From Armatimonadota bacterium (GTDB lineage: Bacteria > Armatimonadota > UBA5829 > DTLH01), in NCBI GenBank assembly GCA_039680575.1, contig JBDKSP010000050.1:1-64000 (forward strand): a stretch of 64,000 nucleotides of DNA, written 5' to 3'. Position 1 is the first letter of the stretch; each line of letters starts with the position of its first letter. Below, piece after piece: positions 1 through 10,767 of the stretch. A program made the translations under genes and the position numbers. Below the pieces are notes generated by a model. That model worked only from the letters and a program-made list of their open reading frames with translations. It was not told where the DNA came from and did not search any database.

Positions 1-303
1 TGATTAATTAACGGCCAATCATATATTGTCTGTTGCCGAAAATCTTCCGGAAGAGTTTCAGGTATAAGTGTAAAATCAACAGATAAAGCTACATCAGAGA
101 ACTTTTATATAGCTGTAAGGCTGTTACTTTATCTCCTGAAACTCTGTAGATACTTATAGATCCACACATATATATCCCACATAAAAGCTACAAGGAAACT
201 CCAAGTGAGTAACACATCTGAATCTGCCGGGTGGTCTGTCGTAATGACGGCATGGGAAGGTGGCCGTTTCGATTGGGAGAAATCTTAGGTTTTAGCTGAG
301 CGT

Positions 304-1506
304 CTACTTGGGCGCAGGGGCTTGGACACTTTTTATGTCTCCTATAAAGAAATACATCATCGACCCACCGGAAGGTGCGCCTTGGAAGTTAGGTGAGAAG
401 GTGAGTTGCATATTATTGTCACCCCAGCGGGCGGGTATGAGATCATATCGGCCGTCTTTTCTAAGTGCAGCCATCTGAGTGACGTCCCCACCGTCTAGAT
501 TCACTGCACACCAGGCTCCAAACTGCTGCCAGAAACGCTGCAGATCGGCAGTTGTCCAGCCTCCCATCAGCGGCAGGTGATTCTTGAATGCTATGATGCT
601 CGGAGCCTCTGCGTCGGGTTCTTTTACGATCAACAGATAGAAATGCCGGTTATCCTTCGACCAGGCCATGGATGTTCTGGACGTGCGGATATGATCGACT
701 TTCCGTACGAATCCCGATTCATCCGGGGCAGGGGGCTTTGATTGCGGAAATGGGGCTTCATTCGGTTTAGGAAACGGCTGCAACTTCAGCGGGCGGCTGT
801 TTAGTATCAGACATGACGCACCTTCAGCCGCGAAATCGTACTTGCTCGCAAGGGATTTGATATCCGGCATGCGGATCACCCTAAAGACTGGCTTGTTGTG
901 CTTATATTTTACGCCAACTGCCCAGCGGACAACTCCGACGTTGTACCTTGCTTTGCCATCCAGCACTACCGGTGCGACATGGCTTGCGATATCGCCGTTA
1001 TATTGAAAAAACAGTCCATTCCACGCTGCAACAACTTTGCCTCTTCCGCTTTCATTCAGGTGATGGCTTATCTGCGCAACTCCCCGGCTCTTGAACTCTG
1101 CATGATCATCGAAAGGTACCTGATCATCTTCATCCTGATCATACAGCTCCAACCGGAGATTCGGATTCTTCTGGAAATCAAAGTCAAACAAATACAACAC
1201 AGTTCCATCTGATGAGGAATGGTCGATCCAGCGAGTTACGCCAGGATGCGGATTGTCTGCCTTTGCATGTGGCCATGGCCAGCAAGCCATGTGAGCCGGA
1301 TCGTCAGGATGTGCTCCTGCACGAAAGTGAAAAATGCCGAGGTACCGAATTATGCCTGTTCCTATACCCAGGATAAGGAATAATAAAATGAGTCCTTTCC
1401 AGATGATTCGTTTTGTCCTTCGATTCGGCATTTCCTGGTCCTTGATATTCAATGGTTGTATGCTTCGTGTATGAGCTTTTTGCGTCGAAGCTCCCATAAT
1501 AGACAT
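304..1506 (-). CDS. Membrane-anchored phosphodiester glycosidase (NAGPA-like) family protein
   Basis: Basic N-terminus followed by one TM helix; WNGLFF, SRTSMAW and AVNLDGG motifs typical of the family. The real start may be the ATG at 1431. Confidence 0.6.
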   Translation of the reverse strand: MSIMGASTQKAHTRSIQPLNIKDQEMPNRRTKRIIWKGLILLFLILGIGTGIIRYLGIFHFRAGAHPDDPAHMACWPWPHAKADNPHPGVTRWIDHSSSDGTVLYLFDFDFQKNPNLRLELYDQDEDDQVPFDDHAEFKSRGVAQISHHLNESGRGKVVAAWNGLFFQYNGDIASHVAPVVLDGKARYNVGVVRWAVGVKYKHNKPVFRVIRMPDIKSLASKYDFAAEGASCLILNSRPLKLQPFPKPNEAPFPQSKPPAPDESGFVRKVDHIRTSRTSMAWSKDNRHFYLLIVKEPDAEAPSIIAFKNHLPLMGGWTTADLQRFWQQFGAWCAVNLDGGDVTQMAALRKDGRYDLIPARWGDNNMQLTFSPNFQGAPSGGSMMYFFIGDIKSVQAPAPK

Positions 1507-1546
1507 CCACGGCTTTAGAAAAATGGACTGTCATCCTTGTTTTAAG

Positions 1547-1575
1547 AATATAGCTGGAGAATACAAAGAAGTCAA
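1547..1575 (-). promoter_or_regulatory. Sigma70-type promoter for 304..1506
   Basis: Minus strand TTGACT-N17-TATATT upstream of the ORF. Confidence 0.55.
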
Positions 1576-1658
1576 GTATTGGTAATGAAAGTGCGAAATG
1601 TGGCGTCAATCATGGCGATGAGCCCTAAGCTCAAACCGCGTATTACCCCGTACAGCAA

Positions 1659-1686
1659 ACCAGCCGGCTTTTTGGAGCCGACTGGT
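1659..1686 (-). terminator. Probable intrinsic terminator of the PEP-CTERM gene
   Basis: Minus strand ACCAGTCGGCT-CCAAAA-AGCCGGCTGGT hairpin followed by a short T run, about 25 nt past the stop. Confidence 0.5.
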
Positions 1687-1711
1687 CAGAATTCCATCTT
1701 GGAAATATTAA

Positions 1712-2503
1712 CTACTTGCGTTTCTTAAGACCGAATCCAATCAGTCCTATCAAGGCGCTTCCAAGTCCCAACATGCTCGATGGTTCCGGGACGGACGGCA
1801 GCATCACGAAGTTGCTGGTGCCGCTGGCCGAATCGTATTTCTTCAGAGTGAATCTATATTCGGCTTCCATCTGGGTAACCGTGCCGGATACCTGCCTGTA
1901 GCTGACGCCGTCAACCGGATCATTATTCGATGATGTCAGGCTGCCGCCGGTTATACTGAATCCATCGACCAGGTTTGTAAATACCGTTCCGTTGTTGTAC
2001 CTTGCCTGGTAACAACTTCCGTCGAATGCGCCGGTGGCATAAGATCCGTTTGTAGGAACAGAGTTGTCGGTCAAGGTCAAGGATGCGGAGGCTCTGGCGA
2101 TCGGGTTCGTGATTGTTGGCACTACATCAGTAGTATTTTTGAAAGAGAATGTCGTATCAGCCGAACCCGCTTTGCAGGAAAAGTTGACTATGACCTGAGG
2201 ATCTTCCTCACCTTCAAAATTCAACGAATATATAGTGCCGAGGACGGTATTACCGTCTGTAGATAGAACATCATACCCATTCGCACTCGTAAAGCTATAG
2301 GTAGTGCGCGGATTTCCGTTCTCTCCTATAACATTCTCCCATGTTCCGATAGTTGCAGTGTTGAATGTACCTAATTGGCCATTCGTGTTCATAATGTCTA
2401 TTACAAAGGTGCTTGCGGTATCCTTTGGTTCATCTGCGCTTGCGCTTAATGCTGGCAATGCAAATAATGTGAGAACAAGCACTACGACTGCAAAATATTT
2501 CAT
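1712..2503 (-). CDS. PEP-CTERM sorting domain surface protein
   Basis: Sec signal peptide (..ASA|DE), Ser/Thr-rich body, C-terminal VPEPSS + TM helix + KKRK; GGAGG RBS. Confidence 0.9.
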   Translation of the reverse strand: MKYFAVVVLVLTLFALPALSASADEPKDTASTFVIDIMNTNGQLGTFNTATIGTWENVIGENGNPRTTYSFTSANGYDVLSTDGNTVLGTIYSLNFEGEEDPQVIVNFSCKAGSADTTFSFKNTTDVVPTITNPIARASASLTLTDNSVPTNGSYATGAFDGSCYQARYNNGTVFTNLVDGFSITGGSLTSSNNDPVDGVSYRQVSGTVTQMEAEYRFTLKKYDSASGTSNFVMLPSVPEPSSMLGLGSALIGLIGFGLKKRK

Positions 2504-2566
2504 CCTTTCTCCTCCCTTCTCTAGTGTTGTTATCCGACTGGCTCCATCCGAATACCAGTCAAGCTC

Positions 2567-2595
2567 AATTTAACATGGAATACGGCTGATGTCAA
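2567..2595 (-). promoter_or_regulatory. Sigma70-type promoter for the PEP-CTERM gene
   Basis: Minus strand TTGACA-N17-TAAATT with an extended TG. Confidence 0.6.
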
Positions 2596-2713
2596 CGCAA
2601 AATGAAGAGAAAATTGATATTAATATGAAAACCTGGTAATTATACCAGTGGATTGAATACATACAAAAGCTGCGCCTGATGAATATTTACTGACACTTGA
2701 AGCTTGTTGCACC

Positions 2714-2739
2714 GGAACTTAATGCCAGTATGCTTCGTA
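2714..2739 (+). promoter_or_regulatory. Candidate ECF-sigma promoter
   Basis: GGAACT-N16-CGTA about 50 nt upstream of the radical SAM ATG. Confidence 0.35.
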
Positions 2740-2789
2740 TACTACCTAACGGATGAGTTATCCGTTAATCCTGGAGGTGCAGGCATTCA

Positions 2790-4208
2790 ATGAAGGTAAA
2801 AATGATCTTACCGGCTTTGACGGAAGCAAGAAGCATATACTGGCGATCGATAAAGTATTCACTTTTTCCTCCATTGGGGCTTGCAACACTGGCCGGTTAC
2901 CTCAGTGAAGAAGATGATGTAACCATTCAAGACGAGCATGTGGAAACACTGGACCTGTCCGATGAGCCTGACCTTGTGGTAATTCAGGTCTATATTACAT
3001 CCGCCTATCGTGCCTACGCTATCGCTGATCATTACCGCAGCATCGGCGCACATGTCGCCCTGGGCGGTATACATGTCACCAGCCTACCGGAAGAAGCGGC
3101 GCAGTATGCTGATACGATATTTTTGGGGCCAGGAGAAGACACATGGCCCGCTTTCCTCAGGGACTTCCGCGCCGGTAAGGCGGGTAAAGTCTACTGTTCA
3201 CAGGTGAGGACTCTGGCCGGTCAACCTAGGGTCAGAAGAGACCTGATTAAGAGACATCTCTACCTGGTGCCCAATTCTATTGTCGTCTCCCGAGGCTGCC
3301 CATACACCTGCGATTTCTGTTATAAGGAATCCTTTTACCAGGGAGGGAAGTCGTTTTACACGCAGACAGTAGATCAGGCAATCGCCGAGATAGACCGGCT
3401 TCCGGGTCGGCACCTGTACTTTCTGGACGATAATCTTTTCGCCGATCCGCATTTCGCAGAAGCGTTGATGGACGGGATGAAGGGTATGGGGCGATTATGG
3501 CAGGCGGCGGGAACGGTAAAGTCGGTATTTATGCCCAGATTAATGGAAAAAGCCGCGGAAAGCGGTCTCAGGAGTCTTTTTATCGGCTTTGAGACCTTGA
3601 GCCCGGCAAGCCTGAAGGAACAACGTAAGCATCAGAACATCGGACAGGATTATAATGCAGCAATCCGCCGGCTGAGAGACCTCGGTATTATGGTCAACGG
3701 CAGTTTTGTCTTTGGGATGGACGGCGACGATGATATGTCACCGCGCCGCACTGTCGAATGGGCTGTAGAGCAGGGGATCGAAACGGCGACGTTCCACATT
3801 ATGACGCCCTATCCTGGAACGGCGCTCTACCAGCGGTTGGTGCAGGAAAACCGCATCACGAGCGCCGATTGGGACCTTTATGACACCAGGCATGTGGTCT
3901 ACAAACCCTTTAATATATCAGCGGAGCGCCTGCAGGAGGAATATGCCCGTGCTTATATAGACTTTTATCGTTGGAACAGCATACTGAAGGGCGCATGGAC
4001 AAAGACCGAGTGGGTGAACAGGCTGCGGCACGTCGCCTACGCGGGCGGATGGAAGAAAATGGAATGGTTCTGGGACATAGTTGTCCGCGCTAAACAGGTT
4101 TCGCATTTCAAACTGCTCCTTGAGAAGACTTTGACCGGATCTCATACTGTTAAGACCGCACAAAACGCGCATAAGCCTCAGGTGTCTGGCGAAACAGCAG
4201 GGTTATGA
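2790..4208 (+). CDS. B12-binding domain radical SAM protein
   Basis: PPLGLATLA and GGIHVT N-terminal cobalamin-type domain; SRGCPYTCDFC (CX3CX2C); DDNLF; TPYPGT. Confidence 0.88.
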   Translation: MKVKMILPALTEARSIYWRSIKYSLFPPLGLATLAGYLSEEDDVTIQDEHVETLDLSDEPDLVVIQVYITSAYRAYAIADHYRSIGAHVALGGIHVTSLPEEAAQYADTIFLGPGEDTWPAFLRDFRAGKAGKVYCSQVRTLAGQPRVRRDLIKRHLYLVPNSIVVSRGCPYTCDFCYKESFYQGGKSFYTQTVDQAIAEIDRLPGRHLYFLDDNLFADPHFAEALMDGMKGMGRLWQAAGTVKSVFMPRLMEKAAESGLRSLFIGFETLSPASLKEQRKHQNIGQDYNAAIRRLRDLGIMVNGSFVFGMDGDDDMSPRRTVEWAVEQGIETATFHIMTPYPGTALYQRLVQENRITSADWDLYDTRHVVYKPFNISAERLQEEYARAYIDFYRWNSILKGAWTKTEWVNRLRHVAYAGGWKKMEWFWDIVVRAKQVSHFKLLLEKTLTGSHTVKTAQNAHKPQVSGETAGL

Positions 4209-4401
4209 TGATTTTTAAGTTCTAAGCCGGCAGTTGGCGTAACCAACCGCAATAACAGTAGTGTGATTGTTAATTTCTGGAATGTTTGAAACTTACTTCA
4301 ACCAAAAACTGCTAAGATATTATGCACATAGCAGTGACCATTTTCGGTGGCATTGTACATCTATATAATGAAGAGTGTTAAACGGATAACCGGAGGGTGC
4401 G

Positions 4402-5973
4402 ATGGGAGAAACTGACGCGGTACTGTTAAGCCGCGCCGTGTGCGGAGACAAGGGATCATTTGTAGACATAATTGAAAGATACCGCAAAGCGATAGTGGGC
4501 ACGGCATTTAGCTACTTTCACGATCATAATGATGTAGAAGACGTCGTACAAGACGTGGTGATAAGTGCATATACACATCTGAGCAGCCTTCGAGACCCCG
4601 ACAAGTTTGGGGCTTGGGTTGTTAGCATTACCCGCAGAGCATGTCTTGAGCGTATAAGGCGTACGCCTACGTTAATGAGTCTTGAGCAGGTTGCAGATGA
4701 TTTTGTCTCCTTTGATACAGGTGTTTTCCTAGAGGAACGGCTGCAGGTTCAAGAGGCTCTTTCAACTTTGGGAGAGGACAAACAACTTACCGTGGTGTTG
4801 GCATATGTGTACGGCTATTCCCATATTGAAATCGCACAGCTTCTTGATATTCCGCTCAACACTGTACGCAGCCGCCTTAGGGATGCTAAAATGAAGCTTG
4901 CTGGATGCTTGGCTGATATTATCGAGGTTACTCAGCGAGTAGAGCCGGAAGCTGTTCTTGAGAGAGATAAGATTATGAAAATCATAAAGTATAAACATGA
5001 AGATATCTTTTGGTCGTCAATCAGGTCCGACGGCGTGAGTTCGCTCACAAATGGCGCTGATGCCCGGCATGTAGAATTAGGCGGTAATACATTCGTTATT
5101 GCATGCCATATGTGGAATGATGTGTTTATGCGGGAAATCGGGATGGGTGATCCGTATACCATCGGATGGTTTGTAGAGGCAGCTGCGCTCTCGAAAGTAG
5201 CCGCCGCTGGTGGAAGACCGGTCAGCTCCTATGTCTCTCTTGGCCTGAACCCCTGGGACCAGGAGAGCGACACTGTCAGCCGGTTGTGCGCCGGAATGCA
5301 GGAAGTTGCTAAACAATATCAGCATGATGCTCCAAGTTTTAATCTGGGGTGGGGAACGAGGGAGCAGGATATCATCATTGCAGTGACTCAGTTGGGAGTT
5401 GTTGATACAGGCCGGACTGCACAGCTTCCCGGTGCGCAACCCGGCGATTTGATCTTGGTCACAAACACGCTCGGAGACTCAATAGCAACAGTCGAAATTC
5501 TCAAGCACAAGCTTTACCGGTCCGATGAGGAGAAACGTCGCCTCATCAAGCAGAATATAGAGATCATACCAAGGGTGAACGAAGCGCTTGCAACCTGGAG
5601 AAGCGGTCTTGCGACTTCGGTGCAACTTGCTTACAGAGGGCTGAGCACAGATCTGCAGTATTTGTCCAGAGCCAGCGGAGTTGGGGCGAGAATAAGCATG
5701 CAATCCCTGCCAGTGACCGATGAGGTGAAGCAGTGGGCTCCGCTCCTGGATGACTTATCCAATGATCCTCTGTTTACCGCTGGAACCGGAAATGAAGACT
5801 ATGAATTGCTGATTACTTGTGCTAAGCAACACGTGGATGCGCTGATTGAAATCGTAAATGGTGAAGGATCCAGCGTGACTGTTGTGGGCGAGATAATATC
5901 TGAGCCGGGAGTGTGCGTAGAATATCCCGATGGGACTGTCCTCCCTGAGCCAAAGTGGTGGCGTCATTTTTGA
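4402..5973 (+). CDS. ECF sigma-70 factor fused to a C-terminal ThiL/PurM-like domain
   Basis: Region 2 (DVEDVVQDV..FGAWVVSITRR), region 4 (EIAQLLDIPLNTVRSRLRDAK), then ThiL-like GAQPGDLILVTNTLGDS, EDYELLIT and terminal WRHF. Confidence 0.8.
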   Translation: MGETDAVLLSRAVCGDKGSFVDIIERYRKAIVGTAFSYFHDHNDVEDVVQDVVISAYTHLSSLRDPDKFGAWVVSITRRACLERIRRTPTLMSLEQVADDFVSFDTGVFLEERLQVQEALSTLGEDKQLTVVLAYVYGYSHIEIAQLLDIPLNTVRSRLRDAKMKLAGCLADIIEVTQRVEPEAVLERDKIMKIIKYKHEDIFWSSIRSDGVSSLTNGADARHVELGGNTFVIACHMWNDVFMREIGMGDPYTIGWFVEAAALSKVAAAGGRPVSSYVSLGLNPWDQESDTVSRLCAGMQEVAKQYQHDAPSFNLGWGTREQDIIIAVTQLGVVDTGRTAQLPGAQPGDLILVTNTLGDSIATVEILKHKLYRSDEEKRRLIKQNIEIIPRVNEALATWRSGLATSVQLAYRGLSTDLQYLSRASGVGARISMQSLPVTDEVKQWAPLLDDLSNDPLFTAGTGNEDYELLITCAKQHVDALIEIVNGEGSSVTVVGEIISEPGVCVEYPDGTVLPEPKWWRHF

Positions 5974-6018
5974 CTTGTGCCTGATCATTCGGCGGCAACC
6001 AGCACTCAATGCAATTGC

Positions 6019-8064
6019 TTACAACCTCAACCTCCTTAAGAGTTGTGAGTTCAGTGCCACAATCACTGTGCTTGCGGACATAAGTATCGCGCCTACCGCC
6101 GGAGGGAGGATGATTCCGTAGCTTGCAGCTACTCCGGCGGCGAGGGGGATCGCGATCACGTTGTATCCGGTCGCCCAGACGAGGTTTTCGACCATCTTTT
6201 TGTAGCTCGATTTGCTTAATCGGATAATCCGAACGATGTCTCTTGGGTCGTTTCTAACGAGCACGATGCTTCCGGCTTCGACGGCTACATCCGTACCCGC
6301 GCCTATCGCTATCCCGACATCAGCCGTCACGAGCGCAGGAGCATCATTCACCCCATCACCGACCATTGCAACCATCATTCCACGCGCTTTTAGCTGTCGG
6401 ATCAGCTTGGCCTTGTTTTCGGGGAGGATTTCAGCATAATATTCATCAATCCCGAGCTCTTTAGCCACTCCCCGCGCGACATCTTTGCTGTCCCCGGTCA
6501 GCATGACGATGTCTATCCCTTCAGCCTTCAATCCTCTTACAGCTTCGTAGGATTCGGGGCGGATTACATCTGCGAGTGTGACTGCCGCGATTGCTCGATT
6601 ATCCTCTACCAGGTAAATCACCGTCTGACCGGCTTCTTTTGCGCGAACAAGCGCCTTATCCAGTTCCGGAGGTACGTCTACCGAGAGTGATTCGATGAGC
6701 CTCGGGCCGCCGACCTTGAGCATCCGTTCATCGACATGGGCTTCCACACCTCTCCCAGGCAGCGCTTTGAAACCGCTGGCTTCAGGGATCTCAAGCCCGC
6801 GCTCTTTTGCCGAATTTACGACCGCCCGGGCAAGCGCGTGCTCCGAATTCGATTCGACAGCCGCTGCGAACATCAGCATTTCGGACTCGTCATATCCCTC
6901 GGCTGTGTAGATTCCCGTTACACCGTGCTCGCCCAGGGTCAGAGTCCCGGTTTTATCGAAAACAACCGTGTTCAGCCTTCTGGCCTGCTCAAGGGCAGTT
7001 CTTTCCCTCACAAGGAGTCCGTTTCTTGCGGCAAGGGTTGTAGAGATCGCTATTACGAGCGGAATTGCCAGCCCCAGCGCGTGCGGGCAAGCTATTACAA
7101 GCACAGTCACTGTCCGTTCGAGCGCGAAACCCAATGTAGGGGCTATAAATGCCCAGACTATAAATGTAGCTGTGCCCGATGCGAGCGCTATCAGCGTAAG
7201 CCAATAAGCCGCGCGGTCGGCCAGGTCCTGAGCATGCGACCGGGAATGCTGGGCGGCTTCTACCAAGCTCATAATCCTGGAAAGTGCCGTGTCCGCGCCT
7301 GTCCGGGTTATTTTTACACGGAGCGCACCCTCTTCGTTAACAGTCCCGGCGATTATCTCGCCGCCAGGGGCTTTAGATACAGGCCGGGACTCGCCTGTTA
7401 TCATCGCTTCGTTCATGTGGCTTTCGCCCTGAATAACCTCACCGTCCGCCGGAGCCTTTCCACCGGGCCTGATGAGGACCACATCGTCGACTTTCAGTTC
7501 GCTTATGGGCACGACTTCCGCGCCTGTGTCCATAATCCGCTCGGCGTCGTCCGGCATCAGCTTTACAAGCTCCGAAAGCGCACCTCGCGCGCTGCCGACA
7601 GCCCGCATCTCGATCCAGTGACCGAGGAGCATCACCGTGACAAGCGTGGCAAGCTCCCAGTAAAGAGGCATTCCACTAAAGCCGAACGTCACCGCAAGAC
7701 TATACAAAAAAGCGACGGTGATTGCTATGGAGACGAGCGCCATCATCCCAAGCTGGCGGCCTTTCAGCTCATTGACGGCTCCGCGAAGAAAGACCGAGCC
7801 GCCATAGAAGTAGATTATCGTCCCTAAAATGAACGGGATATATCCCGATCCTGGGAATGCCGGAGGAGTAAACCCAAACCACTTCTGAATGTCGTGAGTA
7901 TATATGAGGACCGGGACTGTGAGTACAAGACATACCCAGAACCTGACGCGGAAGACTTCCATAGAGTGAGCTTCGTGCTCTCCGCTGGTCTCAGGCGCGT
8001 GCTCGACCACTCCAGCCTCCGCATCCCTATTCATTTTATGCCCATGATGCTCAGTGTGGCGCAC
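6019..8064 (-). CDS. copB: Copper-translocating P1B-type ATPase (CopB-like)
   Basis: His-rich N-terminus, TGES, CPHALG, DKTGTLT, GDGVND, YN..AIPLA, MSAST. Confidence 0.9.
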   Translation of the reverse strand: MRHTEHHGHKMNRDAEAGVVEHAPETSGEHEAHSMEVFRVRFWVCLVLTVPVLIYTHDIQKWFGFTPPAFPGSGYIPFILGTIIYFYGGSVFLRGAVNELKGRQLGMMALVSIAITVAFLYSLAVTFGFSGMPLYWELATLVTVMLLGHWIEMRAVGSARGALSELVKLMPDDAERIMDTGAEVVPISELKVDDVVLIRPGGKAPADGEVIQGESHMNEAMITGESRPVSKAPGGEIIAGTVNEEGALRVKITRTGADTALSRIMSLVEAAQHSRSHAQDLADRAAYWLTLIALASGTATFIVWAFIAPTLGFALERTVTVLVIACPHALGLAIPLVIAISTTLAARNGLLVRERTALEQARRLNTVVFDKTGTLTLGEHGVTGIYTAEGYDESEMLMFAAAVESNSEHALARAVVNSAKERGLEIPEASGFKALPGRGVEAHVDERMLKVGGPRLIESLSVDVPPELDKALVRAKEAGQTVIYLVEDNRAIAAVTLADVIRPESYEAVRGLKAEGIDIVMLTGDSKDVARGVAKELGIDEYYAEILPENKAKLIRQLKARGMMVAMVGDGVNDAPALVTADVGIAIGAGTDVAVEAGSIVLVRNDPRDIVRIIRLSKSSYKKMVENLVWATGYNVIAIPLAAGVAASYGIILPPAVGAILMSASTVIVALNSQLLRRLRL

Positions 8065-8267
8065 TTTTTCTGTTCCCTATTCCCTGTCATCTGTTTCCTA
8101 CCTGATAGAATACCCATCTTCAGGGGGTATGCCGCGATGATGAATCATGGGAACGCAGACGCCATGAAAAGAGATGCGGGGAAATGTGCCTCATCTACCT
8201 GATGCTTTTTGCTGGTGTGGTATAATGGCGCCGTGTTGTAGCAATCTTTCACTCTTGGAGAAAATGC

Positions 8268-8648
8268 ATGCATTTGGCCTCTTTACTGATGCTATGGGGT
8301 TATTACTATAGGTATATGGATCCCGTTACATTCGGCTATCATATGATCGGCATTTTCATCTTCGCTGTTGTTGTTGCGGCGGCAATTGTAATTTACGTGA
8401 TTTTTTGGCTTATACGAAACAAACTGTCCTCCATAAAGCGCGTGGAAGCAAAGGTAATCTTGAAGCGTAATAGAGGCGGGAATGTTGTGATAACAGGTTC
8501 CAATTACGTGGTAGTATTCGATGTCAACGGCTGTAAATACGAATTTGCTGTATCCGAGGCCGACTATATTAAATGTGATGAAGGGACAGAAGGCCTGCTT
8601 GTATTCAGGGGCGAAGAGTTCAAATACTTCATACCAAATGTAAGGTGA
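8268..8648 (+). CDS. Small membrane protein, DUF2500-like
   Basis: One TM helix, then YVVVFD..EFAVSEADY..EGTEGLLVFRG..F pattern; extended -10 TGTGGTATAAT upstream. Confidence 0.55.
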   Translation: MHLASLLMLWGYYYRYMDPVTFGYHMIGIFIFAVVVAAAIVIYVIFWLIRNKLSSIKRVEAKVILKRNRGGNVVITGSNYVVVFDVNGCKYEFAVSEADYIKCDEGTEGLLVFRGEEFKYFIPNVR

Positions 8649-8680
8649 CAGCATCTCCCGAATACGAATCCAATATGGCC

Positions 8681-10747
8681 TTACGCAGCTTTGTCCAAAT
8701 CCAGAGCGGAAATGGTGGAATTGAGGCTATTGATCTGGCGTACTAATGTTTTGTAGAGTTCACCTGCCTGGCTGAGATCGCCGTTCCTGCCGGTTATCTC
8801 CAAGCCAAGCGCAGTCTGACAAGCAGGTCCGCTGGTAAATGTGCTGACGGAGCCTTTCAGCGCGTGAGCAGCGTGCTCAAGCCCCTGACTGTCACCATTC
8901 TCTATAGCATGGTGGATCTCGGCAAGTAAATCCGGGCAGCTTTCTATAAAGAGATCGATAACATCCCTAAGCAAGTACTTGTCTCCATCCACATGAGCCA
9001 TTATAGCGTCGATATCGACAGCGCTATCCTCAATATCCGGTGGATGGACACCTTCTGACCGGTCACAAAGGCGCTCGATCATATCGATCAGCTCTCGCGC
9101 ATGTATGGGTTTGGCGATATAAGCATCCATACCGGCAGCCAGACACCGTTCGGAATCTCCCTTCATTGCATGAGCTGTCATAGCAACTATGGGAATATGC
9201 TCTCCGCTCAGTTGTTCATGCTCCCTAATGGCTTGAGTGGCTTTCAGCCCGTCTATTTCAGGCATCTGGACATCCATGAGAACAATATCGAATTCAGCCT
9301 TCTCCAGTTCCTCCAAAGCCAGCTTTCCATCACCTGCGACCACAACTGTATGACCATGTTTTTGAAGAATAGCCGCAGCGAGCTTCTGGTTTACAGGGTT
9401 ATCCTCTGCGACCAGTACTTTGAGGGAACTGCAGGCAAGTGATGGATTAGGCAGACCAGCCGGAAGCGGTTTTTGTGCTTCCTGGGACTTAACGGCCTGT
9501 CTTCCGAATTTTGCCGTAAAGTGAAAAGTGCTTCCCTTGCCGAGTTCGCTTTCTACCCAAATTTCGCCGTCCATCATCTTTACGAGTTGAGAAGATATGG
9601 TCAATCCCAGGCCGGAACCGCCATATTTACGCGTAGTTGAGCCATCCGCCTGAGAAAACGCATCGAAAATGAGGTCCAGTTTGTCCCTGGAAATACCGAT
9701 ACCGGTATCGGAGACGGAGAAATGCAGCATTGCATCCTCTTTACCCACTGATTCAGCCTGGACCCGAAGCACGATTTTACCTTTACTGGTGAATTTGAGG
9801 GCATTTCCTACCAGGTTGACGATGATCTGCCTGAGCCTGTCCGGGTCTCCAACCAGAGCATCAGGTACCCCATTACCCAGGTCACATATCAGTGCCAGCC
9901 CCTTCTCATGAGCTCGCATAGAAAGACCGGCGATAGCAGTAGTCAGGGTATGCGGCAGGCTGAAGTCGATCGACTCCAGATCGAGTTTTCTCGCCTCTAT
10001 CTTCGAGAAATCCAGAATATCGTTAATAACCGCGAGTAAAGAATCAGCGGAGTCTTTGACCACTGATAAATAATCCTTCTGTTCTATGGTGAGATGAGTG
10101 TCCAGAAGTAATTCCGTCATACCAAGCACACCGTTCATCGGTGTGCGGATCTCATGGCTCATGTTAGCGAGAAACTCGCTTTTTGCCCGGTTAGCCGATT
10201 CGGCTGCTTCCCGTGCTTTGATGTTGAGAATCGCGTGGGAAACCAGCGGCGCAAACCGCTGCACCAGATTGAGGTAGCGTTTGCCGAAGAATGCACGATG
10301 TGAATGGACACAAACCAGGACTATTGCCTGCTCACCCTGCTGCAGAGCTATATGCAGGGAGGAAACCACCCCTTCACGGACCTGCTCCGGTTGGGCTTTC
10401 CATTCCTGTATCTGGCTGCTATCGAATGCAGCCACCGGATCGCCTGACAGCACGCGGGCAAACACAGTCCCAGGCTGCCAGGTGGTCTCCAGGAATCGTG
10501 GAGATGTAGATGCGATAGGGACGAGCAATCCGTTCGGACGCAGCGCCAGCACAAAGGCGTCTTCAAAGAACAGAATATTGCGCAATATCGATAAAAGTTT
10601 GGAGAACATATCCCTGATATCGAGCGGTTTGGTAAGGACCAGGAGCGCCTCCAGTATGCAATCGCATTCCCTGCGCCGCTGCATCTCGGCGTCTCTGGCT
10701 CTTTCCAAATTTATCAGGGCTTCACGCAGATCCTCTTCCCTTTTCAT
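8681..10747 (-). CDS. Cytoplasmic hybrid histidine kinase (GAF-like, HisKA, HATPase, REC, Hpt)
   Basis: [13 protein letters not shown]-box; GNALKFT, DTGIG and GSGLGL; MDVQMP receiver; AHALKG Hpt; no TM segments. Confidence 0.93.
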   Translation of the reverse strand: MKREEDLREALINLERARDAEMQRRRECDCILEALLVLTKPLDIRDMFSKLLSILRNILFFEDAFVLALRPNGLLVPIASTSPRFLETTWQPGTVFARVLSGDPVAAFDSSQIQEWKAQPEQVREGVVSSLHIALQQGEQAIVLVCVHSHRAFFGKRYLNLVQRFAPLVSHAILNIKAREAAESANRAKSEFLANMSHEIRTPMNGVLGMTELLLDTHLTIEQKDYLSVVKDSADSLLAVINDILDFSKIEARKLDLESIDFSLPHTLTTAIAGLSMRAHEKGLALICDLGNGVPDALVGDPDRLRQIIVNLVGNALKFTSKGKIVLRVQAESVGKEDAMLHFSVSDTGIGISRDKLDLIFDAFSQADGSTTRKYGGSGLGLTISSQLVKMMDGEIWVESELGKGSTFHFTAKFGRQAVKSQEAQKPLPAGLPNPSLACSSLKVLVAEDNPVNQKLAAAILQKHGHTVVVAGDGKLALEELEKAEFDIVLMDVQMPEIDGLKATQAIREHEQLSGEHIPIVAMTAHAMKGDSERCLAAGMDAYIAKPIHARELIDMIERLCDRSEGVHPPDIEDSAVDIDAIMAHVDGDKYLLRDVIDLFIESCPDLLAEIHHAIENGDSQGLEHAAHALKGSVSTFTSGPACQTALGLEITGRNGDLSQAGELYKTLVRQINSLNSTISALDLDKAA

Positions 10748-10767
10748 CTCATTTCACCTACTGATTT

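Noticed and set aside
1..290. AT-rich stretch with short plus-strand frames, possibly a decayed gene end
   Set aside because: Stops interrupt the frames and I recognise no motif; upstream context is outside the window
6736..7827. 363-aa plus-strand ORF
   Set aside because: Antisense shadow of the Cu ATPase with no protein-like features
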